Assembly (NCBI GenBank): GCA_938084565.1
Contig: CALKEU010000007.1
Span: 115,039-179,038, forward strand
Direction: 5' to 3'
Length of the DNA stretch: 64,000 bases
Source of the DNA: Candidatus Kapaibacterium sp.
Lineage (GTDB): Bacteria > Bacteroidota > Ignavibacteria > Kapaibacteriales > HRBIN21
The position numbers and the translations under genes are program-made. Shown here piece by piece: positions 30,199-39,947 of the stretch. The notes beneath the pieces are model-generated. The model had not been told where the DNA came from and did no database searches. It saw only the letters and a program-made list of their open reading frames with translations. Each line of letters opens with the position of its first letter. Within the stretch, counting starts at the first letter, position 1.

Positions 30199-30557
30199 TT
30201 ACTCCACTGCAGAATTCCTTTCCGCCAGACATAGACCAACCCAACTAGAAGCACAGCGATGAAGAGCCCCATCCCGACCAGCCCGAGAGTACCGAGCTGC
30301 CGAAACTGCACTGCCCACGGATACATGAACACAATTTCCACGTCGAACACGATGAAGACCATGGCGACCATATAGAACTTGACCGAGAAGCGTTCCCGCG
30401 CCGTGCGGATAGGTTCCATACCGCTCTCGTATGTTGTCAACTTTCGCCATGTCGGCCGGCGCGGCCCGAGCAGCTCGGCAGCAGCAATGTTGGTCAGTCC
30501 AAAGAGGACGCCAGCAGTGATCATGAGGAGAACAGGCACATATGCCTCCATCGCCAT
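30195..30557 (-). CDS. nuoA: NADH-quinone oxidoreductase subunit A
   Basis: Three-TM protein. 'YESGMEP' and '[12 protein letters not shown]' are diagnostic of NuoA/ND3. Confidence 0.85.
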   Translation of the reverse strand: MAMEAYVPVLLMITAGVLFGLTNIAAAELLGPRRPTWRKLTTYESGMEPIRTARERFSVKFYMVAMVFIVFDVEIVFMYPWAVQFRQLGTLGLVGMGLFIAVLLVGLVYVWRKGILQWSK

Positions 30558-30657
30558 CTTGGTAGGTTACTCAAACCGCTGCAAAATTACGGGCATGTGT
30601 ATACCCCATGGCGCAGCAGTCTGTATTTTTGCAGCCATCTTAACCCATCTGCTGCCG

Positions 30658-32136
30658 ATGGAGCAGACAACTTCTGGACAGCCTTCGCCACCACTATCAC
30701 AGCGTCTTGGGTGGTGGAGCACGTTCACTCTGGTCGTTGGCAGTGTGATTGGCTCGGGAATCTTCAAGAAATCCTCTACCATGGCAGCTCAACTCGGTTC
30801 GGCCGAGCTTCTGCTCCTGGCATGGGCTGTGGCAGGGGCGATTACCCTCTGTGGAGTCCTGACGAACGCCGAGATTGCAGGCCTCCTCCCTCTTACGGGG
30901 GGTCAGTATGTTTTCTTCCGCACCATGTATGGCGACTTTCCCGCTTACCTCTACGGCTGGGCGATGGTCAGCGTTGTCCAGACAGGTTCAATTGCCTCCA
31001 TCGCTTACGTATTCGCCGAGCACATGCAGTACTTCGTACCGCTACCCCGACTACCAGAAGGAATGGAACGCTCCCTTGCGCTCTACCTTCCAGGCATTGG
31101 GACATTCTACCCGCTGGATAATCTCGGCGTGAAGCTCCTCAGCATTGCCACCATTGGAGTCCTGACGGTAGCGAATATACGGGGTGTCCATATCGGCGGC
31201 GGTATCCAGATTGTTCTAACCCTGGCCAAGGTCGGTGCCATTCTCGTACTCGTTGCTCTGGGGCTCTCGACATTGGCACACGGATGGCATCTTCCTCAAG
31301 GCAGTCAGACCCCCGCCAGCAGCTCAATGGGCTGGGGATGGCTGAGCTCCTTTGCTGTAGCCCTGGCAGGGGCATTCTGGGCATACGACGGGTGGAATAA
31401 TGTCACATACGTCGCCGGAGAGATCCGCGCAGCCGAACGGATGGTTCCGCGCGCACTCGTCCTAGGCATGATAGGGGTGACGGTCATTTACCTGCTCGTC
31501 AATTTGAGCTACATAGCAGCCTTACCCATTGAGGTCATGGCCCGCTCACAGTTGGTTGGCGTCGAAGCGGCACAAGCTGTACTCGGTACAGGCGGGGCTG
31601 CTTTCATTGCCATTGCTGTCATGCTCTCAACGCTGGGTACCACGAATGGAACTATTCTCAGCAGTGCCCGTCTGTTCTATGCCATGGCTGATCGGGGCTC
31701 TTTGCCCTCTCCCTTCCGGTATGTTCATCCACGCTACCACACGCCTGCGGGAGCTCTCGTTCTGCAGGGGCTCTGGGCAAGTATACTCGTCCTGAGCGGC
31801 ACTTTCGACACTCTCACCGACATGCTCATTGTCGTCAGCTGGGGATTTTATGCCCTTGGTGCTGCAGGCATTGTGATCTTGCGCCGCAAGCTTCCCGACG
31901 CACCCCGCCCCTGGCGCGTCCCGGGCTACCCCGTGATCCCCTTCCTCTTCGTCATGTTTGCCACAGCCTTCGTAGTGCTCAGCCTCATAGAAGATATCAC
32001 TGCGTACGCTCGCGGTGAGCTCCCCTTCATGCGTACAGTGCTCGGCCTTGGACTCGTTGCCGTCGGCATCCCTCTGTACTTCCTGCTACGCTACCGACCT
32101 TCTGCAGCTCCACCAACGACAACGCCTTCGCCATGA
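30658..32136 (+). CDS. Amino acid/polyamine/organocation (APC) superfamily permease
   Basis: 12 predicted TM segments; TM1 'GSVIGSGIF' signature. Start at the ATG at 30658 ('MEQTTSG'). Confidence 0.7.
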   Translation: MEQTTSGQPSPPLSQRLGWWSTFTLVVGSVIGSGIFKKSSTMAAQLGSAELLLLAWAVAGAITLCGVLTNAEIAGLLPLTGGQYVFFRTMYGDFPAYLYGWAMVSVVQTGSIASIAYVFAEHMQYFVPLPRLPEGMERSLALYLPGIGTFYPLDNLGVKLLSIATIGVLTVANIRGVHIGGGIQIVLTLAKVGAILVLVALGLSTLAHGWHLPQGSQTPASSSMGWGWLSSFAVALAGAFWAYDGWNNVTYVAGEIRAAERMVPRALVLGMIGVTVIYLLVNLSYIAALPIEVMARSQLVGVEAAQAVLGTGGAAFIAIAVMLSTLGTTNGTILSSARLFYAMADRGSLPSPFRYVHPRYHTPAGALVLQGLWASILVLSGTFDTLTDMLIVVSWGFYALGAAGIVILRRKLPDAPRPWRVPGYPVIPFLFVMFATAFVVLSLIEDITAYARGELPFMRTVLGLGLVAVGIPLYFLLRYRPSAAPPTTTPSP

Positions 32137-33338
32137 TGGATGCCATCCCGGACATACTGTTGGTCGACGATGAAGAAGCCTTCTGCACAGCCGTTGCTCA
32201 GTACATGCAATCGTGGGCCTCTGTGCGCTACGCTCTGACCTACTCGGAAGGACGTCGGCTTCTGCAGCAGCGCTGTCCAGACATCCTTCTAGCCGACCAC
32301 TACCTTCCCGATGGTGAGGGGGTTGAACTTCTTGAGTTAGCGCTGAAGAGTTGTCCGGAGAGCGCGCGGGTCCTCATCACTGCGCATACGGACTCAGACA
32401 TCCTCCAGCGCGCCATCAACGAACTGCGCATTGCCTACTACATTGCCAAACCTGTCGAACTTCCCCAGCTGCAACTTCTGCTACAGCAGCTCTGGTATTT
32501 GCTCATCCTCCGTCGCTCTCAGCAGGAGCTGCAGGCGCAACTTCGAGCTTACTATCAAGAGCTGGAAGAGCGCATTGCTAAGCGCACCCGTACTCTGCAG
32601 CATGCCTACGATGAGCTTCGTCATCTCACGGAGCAGAGGGATCAACTCCTGCGCTTCTTGCTCCACGATCTGCGAGCTCCTCTCTCGAACCTGCGCCTGC
32701 TCTGGAACGAGCTCATGCAGCTCGTACCTGCCGATACGCAAGCCGGTGAACTGTTAGCTTTAGGTAGGGACATCGTGCATACTCTCGAGCAGCTTGCGGC
32801 CACCATGGCTGCCACTGTTACAGCAGATGCTACGCTCCCCCTCTCGCACCCCACCCCTATCGATCTGGCAGAGCTTTCGGAACGGTGTATAGCGCTCTTC
32901 CGTCCACGTGCCCACGCCAAGTCCATCCAGCTTTGTCTTCAACTTCCCCACCGGAAGCTCCCTCTTCTCTTCGGCAATCAGGCTCTCCTGGAGCGCCTCC
33001 TGATAAACCTCCTCGACAATGCTCTCAAATACACGCCGGCTGGGGGGACTGTAACCGTAAGGCTGCAGTCCCACGAGGATCGACTCGAGCTGCAAGTACA
33101 GGACACCGGCGTCGGATTGCATGCTGAGGAACTCTCCATGCTCCTCTCCGGCTCTGGCAAGCCCTCGGTCCATCCAACTGCTGGCGAATCCTCCACAGGT
33201 CTCGGATGGAAGATCATCCGCCAGATTGCTCAACTGCACCATGCTTCCGTTGACATCATCTCTGCTGGGAAAGGTGCTGGGACAACTGTCACCATTTGCT
33301 TCCCCACGCATGTATCTGCCATCTCGAGCCCCTCATGA
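32133..33338 (+). CDS. Hybrid response-regulator/histidine kinase (REC-HisKA-HATPase)
   Basis: N-terminal receiver ('ILLVDDEEAF...LLADHYLPDGEG'), H-box 'LLHDLRAPLSNL', ATPase G-boxes ('DTGVGL', 'GLGWKI'). 4-bp overlaps with the APC permease and with tsaC. Confidence 0.7.
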   Translation: MMDAIPDILLVDDEEAFCTAVAQYMQSWASVRYALTYSEGRRLLQQRCPDILLADHYLPDGEGVELLELALKSCPESARVLITAHTDSDILQRAINELRIAYYIAKPVELPQLQLLLQQLWYLLILRRSQQELQAQLRAYYQELEERIAKRTRTLQHAYDELRHLTEQRDQLLRFLLHDLRAPLSNLRLLWNELMQLVPADTQAGELLALGRDIVHTLEQLAATMAATVTADATLPLSHPTPIDLAELSERCIALFRPRAHAKSIQLCLQLPHRKLPLLFGNQALLERLLINLLDNALKYTPAGGTVTVRLQSHEDRLELQVQDTGVGLHAEELSMLLSGSGKPSVHPTAGESSTGLGWKIIRQIAQLHHASVDIISAGKGAGTTVTICFPTHVSAISSPS

Positions 33339-33976
33339 AAGCCATCCGCTTCCGCCTCCATCCGACCACGCCGGAACGGCACAAACTACAGCGCATCAGT
33401 GACGCACTCCACTATGGGGCCATCATCCTCTACCCGACCGATACCGGTTTTGCACTCGGCTGCCAGCTTGCGAACAAGAGCGCTATCGAACGACTGCGGC
33501 TCATTCGCCAGCTCCCCTCCGAGAAGCCATTGACCTTCCTATGCAATTCGCTCAAGCACCTTGCTGAGTTTGCGCATGTCTCCACCTCGGCTTACCGCAT
33601 CCTGAAGCGTCTCACACCGGGGCCGTACACCTTCATCCTGCCGGCAACGAAGGCTGTCCCTTACTACGCCCAAGACTTGAAGCGCAAAACTGCTGGCATC
33701 CGCATCCCCGATTCCCCCATCTGCCTGGCACTGCTCCAGGCCTTTGGCGCTCCTCTCATCTCCATCAGTGCTCTCAGCAACGAGGAAGAAGCTATCGAGC
33801 CCACCGCGCTCATTGAGCGCTTTGCCGCACAGGTAGACATCGTGGTGGAGACCGAAACGTACAGCTTTCAGGGCCCTTCCACAATCATCGATCTCACCGA
33901 AGACATACCGCGCATCCTCCGACGCGGTGCAGGTTTAGAGCGCGCTCTGGAAGTACTCCCCTTGGAAGAGCTCTGA
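33335..33976 (+). CDS. tsaC: L-threonylcarbamoyladenylate synthase (YrdC/TsaC family)
   Basis: 'GAIILYPTDTGFALGC' and 'KPLTFLC' are YrdC-fold signatures. ~213 aa. Confidence 0.75.
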   Translation: MKAIRFRLHPTTPERHKLQRISDALHYGAIILYPTDTGFALGCQLANKSAIERLRLIRQLPSEKPLTFLCNSLKHLAEFAHVSTSAYRILKRLTPGPYTFILPATKAVPYYAQDLKRKTAGIRIPDSPICLALLQAFGAPLISISALSNEEEAIEPTALIERFAAQVDIVVETETYSFQGPSTIIDLTEDIPRILRRGAGLERALEVLPLEEL

Positions 33977-33982
33977 AGAAGG

Positions 33983-35560
33983 TCAGCGGAGCACCTGCAG
34001 GACCCTCGTCGTCGCTCGGCGTCCAACACGCAAACGGCACAAATAGAAGCCCGAACTTATCGGCCCCAAGCGCACTGACACACGGTGGTCCCCCGCAGGG
34101 TATTCCCCCTGAAGGAGATTGCCAACCAGCCGGCCCTGCAGGTCTAAGAGCAGGAGCTCTACGGAGGCCTGGTCTGGCAGAGCAAAGGACAGTGTTGCCA
34201 TTGAAGAGGCAGGGTTCGGAGAGATTTCGAACCGGAATACCTCCGGAGGCGCTTCCTCGACCCAGGTCTGAACCGCAAACAGTGGTAGGGGAGCAAACTC
34301 GCGCAACAGAATCCGCTGCACTTGTGTCTGCGGGGCTCCAAACCACTGCAACAATGCAGCAGCATACACCTGGCGGTAGTCGTACTGCATGAGCAGATCA
34401 CCCCGCGGGTCTAAGTTGGCCAGATCGGGATCCTGCCCGTGGAGGCGCCCACCGAGCACCTGCCCTCCAAAGACGAAGAGAGGCGCTGCAGTCCCGTGAT
34501 CGGTACCCTTGGAGGCATTCTCTTGGACACGTCGCCCAAACTCGGAAAAGGTCATGCCAGCCACACGATCAGCCAGACCGAGCGCCCGCAGATCATCCAG
34601 AAATGCTTTGACGGCGTCGGAGAGCTCACGCAAGAGCGACGCATGGATGCCGGTAACCCCTCCTTGATAGGCATGGGTGTCGAAACTATTGCGCTCGATG
34701 CCTACTACGTACACCTTCGCTCCCAAACCCCCGCTGATGAGGCGTGCTACAATGCGCAACTTCTGCCCAAGATCGGTATCCGGATAGGCTATGCGATTGG
34801 TCCCCTGCTCGGATGCTCGGCGTACAAGCTCTGCATAGCGCTGCGCCGCTTGCGCAATGGAGCGGACAAAGCGTAGTTCCTGCCCAGCCAGTGTATTTGG
34901 CACTTCGCCCCCAACACCTTCTGCGCCTTGGGAAACCAGTCGATAGAAGTCCCGGGGATCGCGGAAGGAGAGCCCTAACAGCCCCCGCTCACCCTGCACG
35001 ACGAGGGAGGAGGCCGCACCAATCTGGACCGCTAAAGGTTCCGAGGGGATCTCTCCCGGCGGAAGGTCGGCTACCAGCGTCTCTAAGTAGCGCCCGAGCC
35101 ACCCCGTGCCGAGAAAGACATCGGCGTCGGTTGCTGTCACCCAAATATCTGTCCCACGGAAGTGCGAGCGATCCGGATTTGGATAGATAACCCCCTGCAC
35201 AATGGCCAACTCTCCCCGGTCGTAGAGCTCCTTGAAGCCCACCAGTGCGGGATGCCACCCTAACGTTGGGGTCAACGGCAGGGTCTGTTCCTTCGGGATA
35301 GCAATGGTAGGCCGAGCAGCATAGTAGAGGGGGTTCTCAATGGGAACCAGCGTATTGAGTCCATCATTGCCCCCTTGGAGCTGGATTAAGACGAAGACAC
35401 GATCGCTCTGCTCAGTCAGCTTCCGGAGATGTCCAAGGGCTGGAGCATGAGCAAGGGCCTGAGCCGAAAACCGACCTAGCGCTGGCAGCGCCGAGAGCAC
35501 TACGCCAGCTTTGAGTGTCTGCTTGAGGAAATGCCGCCGCTGCATGGCCTTCTCCTCCAT
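33983..35560 (-). CDS. DUF1501-family protein with Tat signal and T9SS C-terminal sorting domain
   Basis: Tat-like 'RRHFLKQTLKAGV'. DUF1501 (sulfatase-fold-like) core. The C-terminal ~90 aa 'FEISPNPASSMATLSFAL...GFYLCRLRVG' resemble a T9SS sorting domain. Confidence 0.6.
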   Translation of the reverse strand: MEEKAMQRRHFLKQTLKAGVVLSALPALGRFSAQALAHAPALGHLRKLTEQSDRVFVLIQLQGGNDGLNTLVPIENPLYYAARPTIAIPKEQTLPLTPTLGWHPALVGFKELYDRGELAIVQGVIYPNPDRSHFRGTDIWVTATDADVFLGTGWLGRYLETLVADLPPGEIPSEPLAVQIGAASSLVVQGERGLLGLSFRDPRDFYRLVSQGAEGVGGEVPNTLAGQELRFVRSIAQAAQRYAELVRRASEQGTNRIAYPDTDLGQKLRIVARLISGGLGAKVYVVGIERNSFDTHAYQGGVTGIHASLLRELSDAVKAFLDDLRALGLADRVAGMTFSEFGRRVQENASKGTDHGTAAPLFVFGGQVLGGRLHGQDPDLANLDPRGDLLMQYDYRQVYAAALLQWFGAPQTQVQRILLREFAPLPLFAVQTWVEEAPPEVFRFEISPNPASSMATLSFALPDQASVELLLLDLQGRLVGNLLQGEYPAGDHRVSVRLGPISSGFYLCRLRVGRRATTRVLQVLR

Positions 35561-35563
35561 GTG

Positions 35564-37054
35564 CTACGTCAGCTGATATTCTGGCAGGCGCACAATCGCC
35601 TTCAGCAAGAGGCGAATCCGAACATCGGCATTGGGAGCTTCCAGACTCCACTCATACTCAGGGGCTCCCTGCAAGAGTTCGCTCACGAGCCACTCCTCTT
35701 GCTCTGCCGCTATTGGATAGGCCAAGAGAAAGCGGGCAACTTCACGCACGAACGCCCGCGCCTGCCCATGGGAGGCGAACTGACGGGCAAAGCCGAGTAC
35801 ATCGACGGTAAAGGGCAACTGTGCCCCTTCAACCGTACGCCCCTCGAGGAGAGCTTCGGCAATGCGCTGGCGCAGCGGCAGCGTCATACTCGTCAGCCAC
35901 AGCCGATGCCCCTTCCAACCCTCTACCGTCGGCGGATTGAAGAGCTCAAGCTGGAGTGCTGCGGCCGCACGAACCCCGTATGCATATGCGGCCGGATGCC
36001 GAATCCCGAGCTGCCGTAAGAGCCCAACGATGAAATCCAACGGGGACTTGATCTGCGCGGCGTAGAAGCGCGGGTCGAAGAAGTGGGCACTCCCCAAGAG
36101 TATACGAAGTACCGGCTTGAGCTCAAAGTTGTGCGCTACCAGTGCCTGAGCCAATTGCTCCACAATGTTCTCATCCGGAACGGCATAGACGAAGAAACGA
36201 TACAGCTTACGGGCAAAAAAGCGCGGGCAGGCTGGCTGCTCGAAAATGATGCGGATTACATCCTCTGTCCCCCAACGCCCTGTCTGCCCCAGAAATGTCT
36301 TTACCCCATCGTCGAAACGCTGTGGCACAAAGATCGAGCGCAAGCCAACAACGCGCCAGCCTGTGAGCGCTCGTGTTGCAGCCACGACATCCCACTCCGT
36401 ATAGTTGCCCACCCCCAACGTGAAGAGCTCCAAAAGTTCACGAGCAAAGTTCTCGTTCGGCTTGCCTGCCATGTTGTCGTTATTGTCCAAGTAGAGGAGC
36501 ATAGCCGGATCGGAAACCATCGAGCGGGTCAATGCCCGAAGGTTGCCCCAGACCATCCGACGGAAGGTGTCGTTCTGGATGTAGTGGTACTGTGGAGTGT
36601 AGACTTTGTCCTTGTCCGTCGTGAAATGGTTATGCCAGAAGAAGACCATCTTCTCCCGCAGTGAGCGCTCACGCTCGACCATAAGCCTGAACCACCACTG
36701 CTGCAGTTCGGCCATTCGCTGGGCATCGAGCACTCTATCCGGCGGATAGCGAGGCTCTTCCCCCACCCAGGTCCCCGGCGGCTCCGGAAGCGGGAGATCC
36801 TGCAAGAGAGCTTCGACGACTTCCTGGGGCGAGCGCGACAACGCCCACTCCAGCTCGGCCTTCGTAAACTGAAATCCCGCCCGGTGCAGCAAATGCCCCG
36901 CGCTGCGCTCATCCCAAGGCACCTCTGGCGAGGGAACGTATGGCTCCAGTCCCGCCTGAACTCGTTTTGGGACTCCAGCCATGATCTGCTCCAGCACAGC
37001 CAATCCTTGCCGGAAGGGCTCAGCTATAGAGCTGAGGAATTCCCGCCGTTGCAT
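35564..37054 (-). CDS. DUF1800-family protein (partner of DUF1501)
   Basis: The conserved DUF1800/DUF1501 gene pair, 3-nt intergenic gap. Start is probably the internal ATG giving 'MQRREFLSS'. Confidence 0.55.
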   Translation of the reverse strand: MQRREFLSSIAEPFRQGLAVLEQIMAGVPKRVQAGLEPYVPSPEVPWDERSAGHLLHRAGFQFTKAELEWALSRSPQEVVEALLQDLPLPEPPGTWVGEEPRYPPDRVLDAQRMAELQQWWFRLMVERERSLREKMVFFWHNHFTTDKDKVYTPQYHYIQNDTFRRMVWGNLRALTRSMVSDPAMLLYLDNNDNMAGKPNENFARELLELFTLGVGNYTEWDVVAATRALTGWRVVGLRSIFVPQRFDDGVKTFLGQTGRWGTEDVIRIIFEQPACPRFFARKLYRFFVYAVPDENIVEQLAQALVAHNFELKPVLRILLGSAHFFDPRFYAAQIKSPLDFIVGLLRQLGIRHPAAYAYGVRAAAALQLELFNPPTVEGWKGHRLWLTSMTLPLRQRIAEALLEGRTVEGAQLPFTVDVLGFARQFASHGQARAFVREVARFLLAYPIAAEQEEWLVSELLQGAPEYEWSLEAPNADVRIRLLLKAIVRLPEYQLT

Positions 37055-37091
37055 CGGACGTGCCCTGCCGCTGTGGGACCTACGCTCCAAC

Positions 37092-37646
37092 TTACGAATT
37101 TTTGCCTTCGAGAGCAACGGTCCCCTTCTGCCTCACGGCCCACCATCGCCGAGCATAGGTGCCCGTAGAAGAAATGATGCCCAAAATGCTCAGAGCGATG
37201 CCGACTGCTAACCAGTCCTCCCAGCCCAAATAGGCAGCAAAGAGAGTTCCGGCAATGGCAAGAGCCGTCCACTTCCCCGGAGGCAGCGAGGGCAGTATCT
37301 GTCCACTCCAGCGCCACGCCAGGACACCACCGAGGAGCAGCAGGGCATCCCGCGCCAGCACAAGCAGCACAAACCAGAGTGGCAATTTCTGCTGCCCCGC
37401 TAGAATGAGCGCGGCCACTGCCGCAACGATTTTGTCTGCCAGCGGATCCAGTGCTTTGCCCACCTCACTGATGCGCCGCTGCCGTCGAGCAAGCTCTCCA
37501 TCTGCCACGTCGGAGAGTACAGCCCATAGCCCCAACGCCACCACCCACGGTGTTGCTTCGGCCAGAAGCGCCCACGCTAGAGGGAGAGCTGTCAGCAAGC
37601 GCAGCAGGCTCAGTACGTTAGGGATTGTCCACACCGATCCCTCCAT
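37092..37646 (-). CDS. CDP-alcohol phosphatidyltransferase family protein
   Basis: 'DVADGELARRQRRISEVGKALDPLADK' matches the D-G-x2-A-R-x8-G-x3-D-x3-D family motif. Confidence 0.7.
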   Translation of the reverse strand: MEGSVWTIPNVLSLLRLLTALPLAWALLAEATPWVVALGLWAVLSDVADGELARRQRRISEVGKALDPLADKIVAAVAALILAGQQKLPLWFVLLVLARDALLLLGGVLAWRWSGQILPSLPPGKWTALAIAGTLFAAYLGWEDWLAVGIALSILGIISSTGTYARRWWAVRQKGTVALEGKNS

Positions 37647-39027
37647 TTCTTCGCCTCATCCAGAGGAGACTGCCACCCAGACCAACGAGCATACCCACGA
37701 AGGCGGGCTCTATATGCCCCGGCACCGGTAAGAGCTGCGTGACCTGCAGCCCCATCCATCCCGCCCCAGCGCCTACCGTTATCCCCATGAGCATGCCGAC
37801 ACGGGAGCTTGGTATGTACACACGCTGCACATATCCCAACACAAAGGGAAAGAGCAAGGCCGGTACAGCCAGAGAAGCTGTCCGCACAATCAGCTCCACT
37901 ACCGACGGGATAGCCCACGCCATCCCCATGGCTATTGCCATGGTTACCACAAGCCCCCATTGGGTCAGACGTCGTACAGGGTAACGCCCTGCCAGCAGCC
38001 GACAGCGTCCCAGAATATCGTATCCCACGGTGGCAGCGCTCAGGAAAGTGTAGCTCTCAAGAGTCGACATCACCGTAGCAAACAGCGCTACGGCGAAAAT
38101 CCCCTTCCACCCGACAGGCAACACGGTCTCGGCGAGCGTAAGGTAGGCCGACAGCGGCTCCGTCGGCACAAAGGCTCGGGCATACAGCGCCGCCATGATG
38201 CTCATCGTATCGAATACAAGCCAGAAGAGGACCGACAGCACGATCCCCCAGCGCGCCGTCCGCACCGACTGAGCAGCCGCACAGCGCTGGTAGAAGCTCG
38301 GATCGATGAAGGTCTGCAGAGCAATGACAAACCATACCGCTATCCCTGACCAGCCCAAGAGCCCCGGTATCTCTCGATGTGTTGCCGGCAACACCTGCCA
38401 CATCTGCCATGGCATCCCCCAGTGATCGATACAGAAGCCGAGCAACACAGCAAAGCCCACATACATCAGGACGAACTGCGCTGCATTGGTCAGTACATCA
38501 GCTCGGAAGCCCCCTGTGTAGAGATAGGCCACGGAGAATACCGCCCCTACCACAAGCGCAATGCCCAGCGGCCACCCTGTCAAGGCTCTGATAAAAGTGG
38601 CCAGCATCAGCAGATACGAGGCAGGGATCGTAATGAGGAGGACCACCAGTGCCGCTGTTTTTCCAGCTCGCTCCCCATAGAAGAGCTGCATCTGCTGTGG
38701 GATTGTCAAGGTCTGTGATGCTCGGATCCTCCCTGCGATAGCCGCCGCAAAGATTAGCGCTGCCCCATAGTATGGTACCCCAAGACAGAGCCAGGCGACG
38801 ATACCGTAGCGATAGACAAACTCCCCCACACCCAGGATGGCTCCATACCACGTCGCTACCAGTGTAGCAACGAACAACGGCAATGTCAGACGGCGCCCAG
38901 CGAGGAGGTACTCTTCCGCCTCGCTGGCCCGTTCACCTCGCAGCCGAGGGGCAATACCGAAGCCAATCAGCAGTAGCACAACCCCATAGACGGCCACAAC
39001 CACCCAATCCTCTGCAGCCAGGCTCAT
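37618..39027 (-). CDS. Sodium:solute symporter (SSS family)
   Basis: ~13 TM segments. The N-terminal 'EEYLLAGRRLTLPLFVATLVATWYGA' is typical of the SSS family. Confidence 0.7.
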   Translation of the reverse strand: MSLAAEDWVVVAVYGVVLLLIGFGIAPRLRGERASEAEEYLLAGRRLTLPLFVATLVATWYGAILGVGEFVYRYGIVAWLCLGVPYYGAALIFAAAIAGRIRASQTLTIPQQMQLFYGERAGKTAALVVLLITIPASYLLMLATFIRALTGWPLGIALVVGAVFSVAYLYTGGFRADVLTNAAQFVLMYVGFAVLLGFCIDHWGMPWQMWQVLPATHREIPGLLGWSGIAVWFVIALQTFIDPSFYQRCAAAQSVRTARWGIVLSVLFWLVFDTMSIMAALYARAFVPTEPLSAYLTLAETVLPVGWKGIFAVALFATVMSTLESYTFLSAATVGYDILGRCRLLAGRYPVRRLTQWGLVVTMAIAMGMAWAIPSVVELIVRTASLAVPALLFPFVLGYVQRVYIPSSRVGMLMGITVGAGAGWMGLQVTQLLPVPGHIEPAFVGMLVGLGGSLLWMRRRNGGIGVDNP

Positions 39028-39947
39028 CGTTGTGCGTTCCGAAAGGCTGCCACCGTGTGCACGAGGCCTTCAGGAAGCGGTGTCCGAGCCCTCCATCCCA
39101 GCTCTCGCTCAATCCGTGCAGAGGAGCAGACACTCCGCCGCACCTCTCCAAGACGGGGTGGGGCAAAGCGTGGCCTTGTACGCACACCCACCACTTGTTG
39201 CAGGAGCTCAAGCAAGGCATTGACACTGAGCTCCACACCACTGCTACAGTGGTAGATCCCCCGAGCCTGTGGCCGCAACGCACAGAGATTGGCCTCGGCA
39301 ATATCCCCGACATACACATAATCCCGCTTCTGCTCCCCATCCCCATAGATGACTGGCTGTTCGCCCCGAAGGAGTCGCTCGGCGAAAATCGCTACAACTC
39401 CAGCCTCTCCATGGGGATTCTGCCGTGGCCCGTAGACGTTCGTATAGCGCAGAACCACCGCTTCGATTCCGTAGAGACGGCTATAGCAGAGCAGATACTG
39501 CTCGGCTGCAAGCTTTGCCACACCGTAGGGTGCCAGCGGCTGGAGTGGATGCTCCTCCGAAGCCGGGAAGACCTGCTGCTCGCCGTATATGGTGCCTCCC
39601 GAGGAAGCCAAGATGACCCGTCGTACGCCAGCTCGCCGTGCGGCCTCGTACACGTTGAGACTGCCGAGAACGTTGTGCTGAGCATCGCGGAGGGGGTCCT
39701 CGACCGATACGCTGACGGCAATCTGCGCAGCATGGTGATTGACAACCTCGATGCGGTAATCAGCCAGCACCTCCACAAGAGCTCGATCGCACACATCCAT
39801 CAGCACAAAGGCGGCTCCCGCCGGCACATGTTCGCGGCGTCCCGTCGAGAGATTGTCCACCACAACGACCTCGTGCCCTGCTCGGAGATAGGCTTCCACG
39901 ACATGGGAGCCAATAAAGCCGGCGCCTCCCGTGACAGCAATCCTCAT
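39024..39947 (-). CDS. NAD-dependent epimerase/dehydratase (UDP-sugar 4-epimerase-like)
   Basis: 'MRIAVTGGAGFIGSHVV' Rossmann motif and a 'YxxxK' catalytic region. 307 aa. Confidence 0.75.
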   Translation of the reverse strand: MRIAVTGGAGFIGSHVVEAYLRAGHEVVVVDNLSTGRREHVPAGAAFVLMDVCDRALVEVLADYRIEVVNHHAAQIAVSVSVEDPLRDAQHNVLGSLNVYEAARRAGVRRVILASSGGTIYGEQQVFPASEEHPLQPLAPYGVAKLAAEQYLLCYSRLYGIEAVVLRYTNVYGPRQNPHGEAGVVAIFAERLLRGEQPVIYGDGEQKRDYVYVGDIAEANLCALRPQARGIYHCSSGVELSVNALLELLQQVVGVRTRPRFAPPRLGEVRRSVCSSARIERELGWRARTPLPEGLVHTVAAFRNAQR

